A stretch of 64,000 bases of DNA. Source: Monocercomonoides exilis PA203. Its lineage: Eukaryota > Protista > Preaxostyla. The stretch covers positions 372,001 to 436,000 of the forward strand of contig LSRY02000022.1 of assembly GCA_001643675.2 (NCBI GenBank). Reading direction: 5' to 3'. Position numbers and translations under genes: made by a program. The notes below the pieces were generated by a model. It was not told the origin of the DNA and did no database searches. It worked only from the letters and a program-made list of their open reading frames with translations. Positions 52,801-64,000 of this stretch are shown here, piece by piece (positions within the stretch are counted from its first letter, which is position 1; each line of letters begins with the position of its first letter).

Positions 52801-55091
52801 CTCCTCCTCCTCCTCTTTCTCCTCCTCCTCTGCCTTCTTCTTCTTCCTTTTCTTCTTCTTCTCCTTCTCCTTTTTATTCTCCTCTTCCTTTATCTTCTTC
52901 ATTTAATTCTTCCTCTTCATCCTCCTCCTCCTCCTCCTCTTCTTCTTCTTCTCATTTTTCTTCTTCTTCTTCTTCTCTTCTCCTTCCTCCTCTCCTCTGT
53001 TCTTCTCCTGCTCCTCCTCCTTCTCTCATCGACGGTGAATTCGTGGAGTCAATGTCTTTAGATTCTCGTTATATTCTAAATAAACCGAAAATTAATGGGA
53101 AAAATGGGAAAAATGGGAAAAAGGGAGAAAAGGGAGAAAAAGGGGGAAAAGGGAAAAATGAGGGAAATGATGAAAATGATAAAAATGTGAAAAATGAAAA
53201 ATTCAATAAAAACGAAAAATACATAAAAAATGTGAAAAATAACAAAAATGTTAAAAATGCAAAGAATTTATCAAGTTTTTCTGCAAAAAAAGAAGGAAAA
53301 AGTGAAAAAAGTGAAAAAAGTGAAAAAAATGAAAAAAATGAGAAAGATGAAAAAGATGTTGATATTTCAAAAGAGAAAAAGAAGGTGGAAAAGAAGAAAA
53401 ACATCTCAACAAAAAGAAATATGAATAATAATAATAACAATCATGTTTCTTCTTGTAATTGTTTGAATTCTCCTTCTCTTAATTCTTCTTCCTCTTCTTC
53501 CTCTTCTTCCTCTTCTTCCTCTTCTTCCTCTTCTTCCTCTTCTTCCTCTTCTTCCTCTTCTCCTTCTTCTCCTTCTTCCAATAGAATTAAAATACCTTCT
53601 ATAACAACATTATCTTCTTCTTCTTCTTCCTTCTCCTCTTCCTTCTCCTCCTCCTCTTCTTCTTCTTCTTCTCTTTCTTCCTCCTCTTCTTCTTCTGATT
53701 TCCCCCCTTCTTTTCAAACTCCTTCTGTTCCCAGAAAGAAAAAAATGCTTCACAACAGAGCTTCTTCATTCTCCAGTCTCATCCACCTCAATCCAAAAAG
53801 AAATTGTATTTCTTCTTCTTCCTCTTCCTCTTCTTCTTCTTCTTCCTCTTCCTCTTCTTCTTCTTCCTCCTTCCCTTCTCATCGTCATGTTCCTTCTCTC
53901 CAATTCTCTTCTCTTTATCCTCAATTATTTTCTCCTCAACCTCCAAATCGCTCAAAATCCACTCATTTCGTTGGATTTTCTTCAATTTCCTCTTCTTCTT
54001 CAATTTCTCCTTCTTCTCCTTCTCATTCTTCTTTTCCCCCTTCTTCTTTTACTCCTTCTTCTCCTTCTTCTCCTTCATCATCATCATCTTCTTCCTCTTC
54101 CTCTTCTTCTTCTTCTTCTTCCAATGCTCCTCTTTCTCCTTCTCTTGGTATGTCTCTTCTATCTCCAGTTGCTCAATCACGAAAATTCGGAATGAATTCT
54201 TCAAATAACATTTCTTCTTCTTCTAATTCTTCTTCTTCTTCTTCTTCTCTTCTCAATTCACCCATCCCACTTCATCGTTCTCATCAATCTATGCACAATA
54301 TACCTCTTTCTCCTTCTCTTCCTCCTCCTCTTTCTTCTTCTTCTTCTTCTCTTTCTTCTTCTTCTTCTTCTCTTTCTTCTTCCTCTTCCTCTTCCTCTTC
54401 CTCTTCTTCTTCTTCTATTCATTCTCATCCTCTCCCTCTCCCTCTCTCTCTCACGCACTCATTGAATTCTCCTTCTCTTCTCTCTCTCTCTCTCTCTTTT
54501 TCCTCCAAATCTATTCGATCAGCCAGAAATTCGATTCGTTTTGCTCCTCTTCCTCCTCCTCCGCTCAGAAAAGAGGTGTTTATGTACTCATCTGTGGAGG
54601 CTGTGAAGGTGGGGGATTATTGGATGATGAGGGAGGGGGAGAAGAAGAAGGAAGAGAAGGAGAAGGAAGAAAAAGAGAAGGAGGAGGAAAAAGAGAAGGA
54701 AGAGAAGGAAAAAGAGGGAGAAGAGAAGGACGAAGACGATAATGGAGAAGAAGAGGATGATGGTGATGAAGACGAAGATGATGGAGAAGAGGAAGAGGAA
54801 GAAGAAAGTGAGAAAGAAAAAGAAGAAGTCAATGAGAAAAAAATTGAAGAAGAGAAAGAAAGAAAAGAAGAAGAGAAACAACAGACAGAAGAAAAGAAAG
54901 AAAAAGAAATTAGAAATGAAACAATAGAAAACCAAACAATAAAGAGAGAAGAAGAAAAAGAAAGAGAGAAAGGAGAAGAAAAAGGAGAAAGAGAAGAAAG
55001 AGAAGGAAATGAAGTTGATACGAGAAAAATCGAAGAATTGATAGAAAACAAAGAAGATAGCAATGAAAAGAAGGAAATCGAAGGAACGTTA

Positions 55092-55123
<32 letters not shown>

Positions 55124-58100
55124 TTCTTCTTGTTCTTGTTCTTCTACTTCTTCTTCTTCTTCATTATCTGTCTCAATATCAGAATCATCAACTGATTCTG
55201 CTAATAATACTTCTTCATCAAATTGCAATTCATCTGATATTTCAAATCTTCCATTGCAAACTGAACAAAAATTAAGTGAAAAAGAAAAAGAAAAAGAAAA
55301 AGAAAATAAAAGTGAAGATGAAGATGTGGATGAAAAGAAGAATTTGAAGAAAGAGGAGAAAGAGGAGAAAGAGGAGAAAGAAGAAGAGAAAAAGGAAAAT
55401 GATAAAATAAAAGTCAAAAATGAACTTATCAGTAATTTCACAAATGATAAAGCAGATACGAAGAATAACAATAATTGCGTTGATGAAGAGAATAGGAATA
55501 ACTTAGTCTATTCTTCAAATATTACTGTTACAAACAAAGAAGCTATTAGAGAAAACAATGAAGAATTGGAAAAGACTGAAGAAAACAAAGAAGAAATGAA
55601 TGTTGAAGGAAGAACTGGAGATAACAAGAGCGATTACAATGAAATATTAAATAATAATGTTGATAACAATGAAAATGCTGATAAAACAGAGAATAATACT
55701 AATAATAATAGCAATATAACCACAAACGATAAGATTGAAGAGATCAAGAACATTTCCTCAGAAAAAGATATTGAATCTCATGTTGATGTTGATAACCAGC
55801 CAAGTTTTGATGGTAAAACAGAAACGAATCAGTATACAAATATTCATAATGAAAATGATAAAAGAGATAACAATGATAAAAGAGATGTTAATAATAAAGA
55901 TAGTAATAACAGTAATGCTAATGGTAATCTTGGAATTAGCAGTAATATTAAAAGCAATATCAATACCCCCCTTTCTTTCTCAAATCCTTCCCATCCTCCC
56001 TCTCAATGCCATGCACTCCACGTTCTGAAGGAGCGAATTGCAATAGCCACATCCGCAATCATCACAGACATAGTTTGTGCACCTGGCTATTTGTTCAAAG
56101 TGTTCACAAAGAAGGAAGAAGAAGACGCGTTGAATGCTCTGGAGGAGGTGATGAAGAGGGAGAGAATGGAAAGAAGGAAGAGGAGAAGGAGGAGGAGAAG
56201 GAGGAAGATGATGAGGATGAGGAAGTTGAGGAGAAAGAAGAAGTTAAGAAGATTGAGAAGGAAAAGAAGAATGGAAATGAAAAGAAAAGAGATGCAATTA
56301 GAAAATCAAATGCAAACACAGAAAAGTCCAAATGAAAAACAATTGTTGAATGAAGATGAATTAAAAGAAGGTTTTGATGGAGAAAAGATAAAGACAATGA
56401 AGAAGAAGAAGAAGAAGAAGAAGATTATGAGGAATAAGAAGAATGAAATCAATGAAGATGAAGCGAAAGGAACTGAAAAGATTTTAAATGAAAAACAAAA
56501 TGAAGCAAAAGAAGGATTGAAGATGCTGAAAGCAGATAAATTGGAAAAAGAAGCTGAAGAAGAAGTAGAAGAAGAAGAAGAAAAGAAAGTTAATTTCATT
56601 GGAAGATGTGGAAATAAAGAACAAGAAGAAGAGGAAGATGATGATGTGTCTGAAGAGGAAGAAGAAGAGTATGAGGAAGAAGAAGAAGAAGAAATAACAG
56701 ATAGAAACAACGATTACAATGAAAACAATTACGAAGGAGAAGAAGAGAATTGTGAACAAGATGAAGGACAATCATTGACAATTCAATTGGGAGACGAACA
56801 TTGCCATAGCGATGATGAATGGAATTCGAAGTATGACGATGATGAAGACGAAGATGAAGATGAAGATGAGGAAGAAGACGAGGAAGAAGATGATGAAGAT
56901 GATGAAGATGACTATGATGAGGATGAGGAGGAGGAGGAGGGAGAGGATGATGATGAAGATTTTGATGATGACAATGAGGAAGAGGAGGAAGAATATGAAG
57001 AGGAAGAGGAAGAGGAAGAGGAAGAGGAAGAGGAAGGAGGAGGAGAAGAAGAAGAAGAGACTCATAAAAGATATTCAGAAAGTGACGATAAAATGAAGCT
57101 TCAATTTGGAAATGTTGGTGGAGAAATGGAAAATAAGAAGAAGAAAGTGAAAGTGAAAATGAATGAGGAAGAAGAAAAAGAAAGAGAAGGAGGTGATGAG
57201 GATGAGGAAGAAGAAGAATATGAAGAATACGAGGAAGAATACGAGGAAGAATACGAGGAGGAAGAGGAGGAAGAGGAAGAAGAAAACGAAGAAAAAGAAC
57301 AACAACAAAAAGATGAAAAAGCAGAAAAACCCAAATCCAAAAAACAATCGCCCAACAAGCCAAAAACCAAACAAACAGCTCAAAATGAACAAAGCGATCG
57401 TTTTGTCTGCCCGTCCTTTGCATTCGCCTCTGCCTCTTCTTCTCTTCTGAGTGAAGAGGCAAACGAGCAGATCTTCCACAGAAGGAAGAGATCTTCTGAT
57501 TCGGCTGGCTTTTTTGTGGTGGATCTGCCACAAAGTGTGCAGAACACACCTCGCAATGAAAGGAAGGCGGATTTGAGAGAGAAGGAGAAGGAGATGGGAG
57601 TGGAGATGGGAAAGGGAAGAAATGGAGAAGAAGGAAGAGAAGGAAGAGAAGGAAGAGAAGGAGGAAGAGAAGGAAGAGAAGGAAGAGAAGGAAGAGAAGG
57701 AGGAAGAGAAGGAGAAGGAGAAGAAAGAAGTGTGATAGAAGGGAATTACACAAATTCTTCTTCTTCCACTTCTGCCATTTCTTCTCCTTCTCGTTCTTCA
57801 TTTTTTGACGGAACAACAGAAAATGTTGCATTTTTGACTCCATATTCACAGAAGAATAGCTTTCCACAAGGCGATTCTTCTTCTGTTCCTTACCCTCTTC
57901 CTCTTTCACCTTCCTTTTCTTCTTCTCCTTCCTCTTCCTCTTCTCCTTCTCCTTCTTCCTTTTCTTCTCATCCTCAACGGTTTTATCCAAATCCTCCTGT
58001 CATTCATCGTCCATTGGCTCGCACACACAGCGAAGAAGACATTACGAATGAATTGGGAGTGTTTTGTGAAATTGGCTTTGAAGGAGACAGTGTGATGGTG

Positions 58101-59252
58101 GGAGGAGAAGGAGGAGAAGGGGGAGAAGGAGGAGAAGGAAAAGGAAGAGAAGAAAGAGAAGAAAAGAAAGAAGAGGGGGAGGAGAAGAAGAAAGAGAAGA
58201 AAAAGAGCAACAAGAGAAAGAAGAGTGGGAAAAGAGGAAAAGAATCAGAAGCAAAAGAAAACATCATAATTTCTTCAGATGTTGATTTGGAACCTCAAAC
58301 AACAGAAAAGCCAGAGCCAGAATCACCTGCTTTATCGCCAATTGAACAAAAAACGGAAGAAAAAGAAAAAGAAAGCGAAGAATTTGAAAAAGATGAATCT
58401 TCTTATCAATCATCATCATCATCATCGTATTTATCATCATCTTCTTCTTCTTCTTCTTCATTTAGCCATCCTTCTTCTTGTACCTCTCCTACACCTCCTC
58501 CTTCTCCTATGCCTTCTTCGTCTCATCAAAATTACACAGAAGATGAATCAAAATTCCCTCAACAAACTTCTCCTTCTTCCTCTTCCTCTTCCTCTTCCTC
58601 TTCCTCTTCTTTCTCCTCTTCCTCTTCCTCTTCCTCTTCCTCTTCCTCTTCCTCTTCCTCTTCCTCTTCTTCCACCTCTTCCCTCCCTCCTCCTCTCTCC
58701 CTCGCCTTCACCGCAGCCCACACCCTCCCCTCTTCCTTATTCTCTCTTCTTCTCTCCCACCCTTCTCTTCCTCGTTACTCTGCTTATGACTTGTCCCCTT
58801 GGCTTCCTTTCCTTTCTTCTTCTTCCAATGAAGCCATCTTGTTTATGTCTCGTGTGCAAAAGAGGGTTGGGTTGTTTGCAAAAACAAGGCAGCTGATCTT
58901 AACCACAACGCCCAGGCTGTTCTATGTTGATCCAGAAAAGATGATTTTAAAAGGGGAAGTTCCGTGGAAGAGCACGATTTTGGGGGAATGCAAAGATTAT
59001 CAGAGGTTTTTGATACACACGCCGAATCGAGTGTATCGATTGGAGGATGAGGGGAGGAATGCACAGCTGTGGGTGGATCTGATAAATATGATAAGTACTC
59101 ATCTGTTTGCGAGGCAGGAAGAAGAAGGAGAGGGAGAGAGAGAAGAAGAAGAGAGAGAAAGAGAAGAAGAAGAGAGAAGAGGAAGCGAAGGGAAGAATGA
59201 GAGAGAAAGAGGAAGAGGAAGGAAGAGAGGAAGGGATAATTCAAAACGTTAA
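48103..59252 (+). CDS. PDK1: 3-phosphoinositide-dependent protein kinase 1 homolog with a ~3,000-aa low-complexity linker
   Basis: Spliced kinase domain: DFTEGKLIGKGSYAN|VY..YALK..EKKIM..HPNIIKF..HRDLKPENV..KLTDFGTA..FVGSPLYVSPE..DMWALGC. C-terminal PDK1-type PH domain KRVGLFAKTRQLILT..LFYVDP..LKGEVPW..FLIHTPNRVYRL. Final exon ~48848-59252. Confidence 0.9.
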
Positions 59253-59467
59253 TTCCAGAAACTTTGTATTTTTTTCTTCTTTCTTTTTAACAATTTCTTA
59301 TTTTTTTAGATCCAATAGTTCATATTTTTTAACATTTTTATGTATTTATATTCACAAATTTTGGAGATTAATGAAATAAAGTGTTATTTAAATCCAATTA
59401 AAAGTGATCGTTGTTTTTATTTAATATCATATTTTTCAATTATTTTTGTATTTGCTTTTTTGTTTGT

Positions 59468-59677
59468 TTCTTCTTTCTTCTTTCTTCTTTCTTCTTTCTT
59501 CTTTCTTCTTTCTTCTTTCTTCTTTCTTCTTTCTTCTTTCTTCTTTCTTCTTTCTTCTTTCTTCTTTCTTCTTTCTTCTTTCTTCTTTCTTCTTTCTTCT
59601 TTCTTCTTTCTTCTTTCTTCTTTCTTCTTTCTTCTTTCTTCTTTCTTCTTTCTTCTTTCTTCTTTCTTCTTTCTTCA
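59468..59677. repeat. (TTCTTTC)n heptamer tandem repeat, ~30 copies
   Basis: Regular 7-bp periodicity; the overlapping ORFs translate as (SSFFFLL)n and (KKKEERR)n. Confidence 0.9.
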
Positions 59678-60402
59678 TCAGCTTTCTTGTGTAAAATATT
59701 AACTTTTCCTTTTTCTATTCAAGTTAGTTTTTCATGAGTGCTATTTTGCTTCTATAAAATCTAATTCGTTCTTTTCTTATCATTTATTTGTAATCATTAA
59801 TATTTCTATTATCATTTTATTTTGATAATGAGAATGATGTATTTCTCTTTGGATATGCTTTTTAAGTTTTTTTTTTTAACATTTTGAAGATTGCTTGGTA
59901 TGTTTTTGATTCAATGAATGAAAATATCATTTTTTTTAATTTTCATAAAATGAAAAAAAAAAAAAAGATAAAATTCTTTTGTTATTTCTTTAAATCTGAT
60001 AACTCCTATGTTTAAACTTTTATTTCATTTCATTTTCAAAAATTGTACTTTTTTTTTCTATTTGAAACTTTTAATTATTATTCGATTCCATTTATTTTGT
60101 TATCAGTTTCTTCATTAAGAAAACAAGATATTATGTTTTGACTCTTTTGCAGTATAATGAATAATTCCATGTATTTATATGGAAAGTTTTGATTATCGCT
60201 GCTATGTTTTGTGAGTGAATGAGTGAATGCGCGAGAGAATGAGAAAGTGAATGAGATCTTTTTAAAGAGGTATATACCGAACATTTCATCTTTTATGTTT
60301 GATTTTTAATTGTTGCCTTTTCTCATCACCTTTGTGAAAAAACAATATTTAATAAATATTTTGTTTTGTTCTTTGAAATTTTCTCAAAAAAAGAAAAAGA
60401 AA

Positions 60403-60434
<32 letters not shown>

Positions 60435-61119
60435 AAAAAGACGGAAATTAAACAATAAAAAAATTGATGTTAATTGCTTTGAATGGTAATTTGTGTATTG
60501 TGTTTTTTGCGATATGCTATGAAATGTCTTGCTGGAGTTTAATTAGAAAATAAAAATATAAAATTATTTTTTGATTAAAAATGGTGAAAGGAGAAAGAAA
60601 AAAGCAAACTAAATTCGCATAAACATTTTTTTTCAAAAAGGAAATTTCAAAAGTAAAAAATTGAAAAATCTTAAAATTTCGTTCAGATCAAAATTTACAT
60701 AAAAACTTGTCAACCAAATTACCTTCCACAAGCACTATCAAATCACAAACCAATTGAGAGGATTTTCAACCAATAAAAGATGAGGTTATAAAGAAATGTT
60801 AAATACTTTTCTGAAATAAAAATCAAAAGAAAGGCAAAAAAATCATAAAAATAAATTATATATCGAGAAGAAATATCAAAAAAATTTTTTTTCCATTGAG
60901 AGTTCGCAACCATTAACAGGCAAAATTCAATCTCTGAAATTAAAATAAAATAAAATAAAATAAAAATAAAAATAAACATTAAGAAAAAACAGAATCGATT
61001 AGAAAAGTTAAAGATTCAGATTGAGACAAAGCTAAAGCAAAGACCATTATTTGTTATTTATTATTCTATTTATTCAATTTTCCCTTCTTCCATAACAAAA
61101 TTCCATATTTTTAATTTAT

Positions 61120-62879
61120 TTAAGAAAACAATTTGAAGAGTGGTATTGTAACAATCAGCACAAACGCAATAGCAAGCGCTGTTCCACAACAAGAAGAGCC
61201 ATTTCCTTCAATTTCCTCTTCTTTTTCTTCTGCTTTCTTTTTGTTTTCTTTCTCATTTTCAGTTTTTGATTCTTTTTCTTCTTCAGCTTTATTTTCAGCT
61301 TCAGTTTTCTCTGTCTTTTGTGATGGCTGTTTTGGTTCTAAATCTGATTGGTTGACTTTCTTTTCTTCTTCCTTTGGAGATGAAGAAGAGGATGAAGAAG
61401 AAGAAGAAGAAGAGGAAGAAGGAGAAAGAGATGAGTTGATTGAAGAAAAAGAAGTTGAAGACGGAGACGGAGAAGAAGAAGAAGAAGAAGAAGAAGAAGA
61501 AGAATTGCTTTCTTCTGTTTTTCTCTGTACTGGTTCGCCAATAGCTTCATTTTGTTTCTCTTCTTCTTTTTCTTGTTTTGCTTCTGGCTTCTCTTCCTCC
61601 TTCTCTTTGTTCTCAGACTTCTCTTCCTCTTTAACTACCTCTGGTTTCTTTTCCTCTGTTATTTCCTCTTTTTTCTCTTCCTCTTTTATTTCCTCTTTCT
61701 TCTCTTCTTCCTTCTCCTTCTCCTTCTCCTTCTCCTTCTCCTTCTCCTTACTCTCATCCTCTTCCTCCTTAATCTCCTCCCTCACCTCCTTCAGATACTT
61801 CTCAATGTTCGCTGATGTCATCTTCCTCTTCGCCTTCCGCCGCAGCGTCGCCACAAACACCGTCGACATCATCATCTCCTTGTGCTTCGTGTCAATCGGC
61901 TTCTTCCGCAGCGTCTGCACCGCCTCCTGCGCCTCCTGCTTCGCCTCCTGCAGCTTCTCCTCCTCGTCCTCCTCACTCCACTCCGACGAGTCCCACTCGT
62001 CTGCCTCCTTCGCCTCTGCTATCATCCGCGACTCTTCCAGCCGCCGCTGCCGCACTTTCCCTTTCAGCTTCGCCAGAAACCGCGTCGAGGTGATCAGCAC
62101 ATTCTTCGCCTTCGGTGCAGCTTCAGGCTTTGCCTCTTCCTCCCCATTTTCTGCTCCTTCAGCGTCGTCTTTCTCGGCAGCATCGCTAGCAAGTTCTTCT
62201 TCTTCTTCCCAATCGGAAGACTCCCATTCTGGTTTATCACCACTTTCTTTTTGAGATTCTTCTTTACTCTTTCGTTTGACTTGGTGCTTCAAACTTGAAA
62301 TAAAATGAAATGTTGTAATTGTGGTGTTTTCAGTGCTTGATGAAATGTCCTCAGTATCTCCACTTTTTTGTCGCTCGTCTTCACTTTGGATCTGAGAAAT
62401 TCCTTGTTTTGCCTTTTCTGCTTGAGATTTAAGTTGATCATAAAAACATGATGAAAAAGGAGATTTTGATTCAATAATAATATCAATGTTTGGCTCAGGT
62501 GAAGTATCAACAACAAAAGAAAAACGTGAAATTGATCCTTCGGAATCCTAAAGATTTTTCAATAATTTCACAAATTATAAAAAATTAACATACTAAAGAT
62601 TTAAATGTTAAAATCTTGTTGAGTGATAAATATCGTGAAGTCATAAGTTCAATTGGGCACAAGAAAAAGAGATGTTCTTTTGTTAGCAAAATATCATAAT
62701 CATTTTTCTTCTCAATTGAACTTAAATAATTCGAAGGTTAATCTCAAATAGTTCAAAAACAACAAAAAGGCAAACGAATACGCAACAGTTTCAGCAAGAG
62801 AACTTATGATATCTTCTTTTGGTGTTGAACGAAGAACTTTAAGCTTCTCGTTGAACACAACACCTTTTAGATTTTCCAT
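61120..62879 (-). CDS. tail-anchored membrane protein: PH/GRAM-like N-terminus, three acidic/basic-helix repeats, C-terminal TM; 3 exons
   Basis: MENLKGVVF..ETVA|SIEKKNDYDILLTKEHLFFLCP..FKSL|DSEGSISRFSFVVD.. joins in phase (introns ~62781-62724 and ~62593-62548) into the 61120-62292 ORF; ends CCGTALAIAFVLIVTIPLFKLFS*. Confidence 0.7.
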
Positions 62880-64000
62880 TTGATCGAAGTATAATTATTC
62901 ATTTTCAACTTTTTATTTGGGACAGAATTTTTTGCTTTATGAATTTTGTTCCACACAATGCTTCCAAAGATTTTTTTCTTCTTTTTAATATTTCTATATT
63001 TTATTTTGCACGAGAATGATAAATTTGCAATTATTCGAATCAGAAATAGTTTGGAACAAATCATCGATTTTTTCATAAATGCAAGAATTCTGTCCCATTT
63101 TTTAAAAAAATCATAGCTGTATGCTTTTTTAAAATATATACAGCACTTTTGATTTGAAAATTTCATCAAATATATATATATATATATATATATAATTAAT
63201 TGTCGTCATTAAGTTAAATATTTGGGAGAAAATTTTTGAAAAATCACCACAGATCAAAAAAGAGAACCATAATTATTTATTGAGGAACTGTATCTTTTCA
63301 ACTTCAGCCTCTAAAGGCAAATTTTTGATAAAAAAGAACTTTATAAGTAAACCTCCTCGTCACCCCTCCAGTGACGAGCCTTTTTTTTAAAAGTGACTGA
63401 CAAATCAAAAATTTAAATTTCACTTTTTTTACACGAGAAAATATATTTATTATGATGGATAATTCATTTTTTATACACTGAAACATTATCAGTTTCATAA
63501 CATTATTTATGTTATTTGCTGACAAATTGATTTTCAAAAATTAACTTTTGAAAAATTTTCGTTATGGAAAAGTTGATGAATTTTTCAGATACGGACTTTT
63601 TAGATCGTCACTTTTTTGATCATTTGTCACTTTTTGATAATTCTGGCACAGCCCGTCACTGACGTCATTTTCAAGTAATTTGTCATTTTGGAAACTAACT
63701 GTTCTTGAATAATGTTGCAAAACCAAATAGATGAAAATGAATGCTTGACAGAATTAATTCGGTCAATCAAGGATCCAGATACAGTTAGCCCCATTTAACA
63801 TTTTTTTGGATGGTTTTGATCTCTTGATCTCTTTTGATATGTCTTTTTGTTAGGATTTATTATTCAGAAACACCATGATTGATTTAAATAAAGCAAAGTG
63901 CGAATTTATAAAACTAAAAAGAGTGAATGAATTTGAATTTTCACAATGTTTGATTTAACTTTCATTTTGTTTGTTAACTTTTTTAATTAATGCCAAATTT

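Noticed and set aside
59340-59737. ORFs across the heptamer repeat
   Set aside because: Pure repeat translation in all frames.
61133-62254. 373-aa + strand ORF antisense to the tail-anchored protein
   Set aside because: Ser/Phe-rich shadow of the Glu/Lys-rich sense ORF, with no independent features.
63340-63700. Clustered GTCAC/GTGAC motifs resembling hAT subterminal repeats
   Set aside because: No TIR pair or TSD could be delimited within the window.

Overview
Eukaryotic, AT-rich protist DNA with short GT-AG introns and the standard genetic code. The lineage-specific gene families resemble those of the oxymonad Monocercomonoides, but this is an inference. Host genes: a secreted GGA(L/V) beta-helix-type surface protein running off the left edge, with a broken paralog at 32.6-34.4 kb; a 10-exon MIT+AAA spastin/fidgetin-like ATPase; a secreted protein with a vitellogenin/LLTP-like N-terminus head-to-head with a 4x RanBP2 zinc-finger gene; intact and decayed members of an expanded helical gene family; an intronless coiled-coil GTPase; a ~3,600-aa PDK1; and a tail-anchored PH-like repeat protein. 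About a third of the window is nested mobile DNA whose ends can be placed to the base: a hAT-like element containing a host pseudogene, a symmetric palindrome-within-foldback complex (7.7-10.1 kb), an intact pogo/Fot1 element in the loop of a foldback element, a Merlin inside an older Merlin, a full-length decayed DIRS1-like tyrosine-recombinase retrotransposon (ITRs, ICR, methyltransferase-like domain) and several MITEs. No rRNA, tRNA or CRISPR features were seen. All alignments and counts were done by eye.
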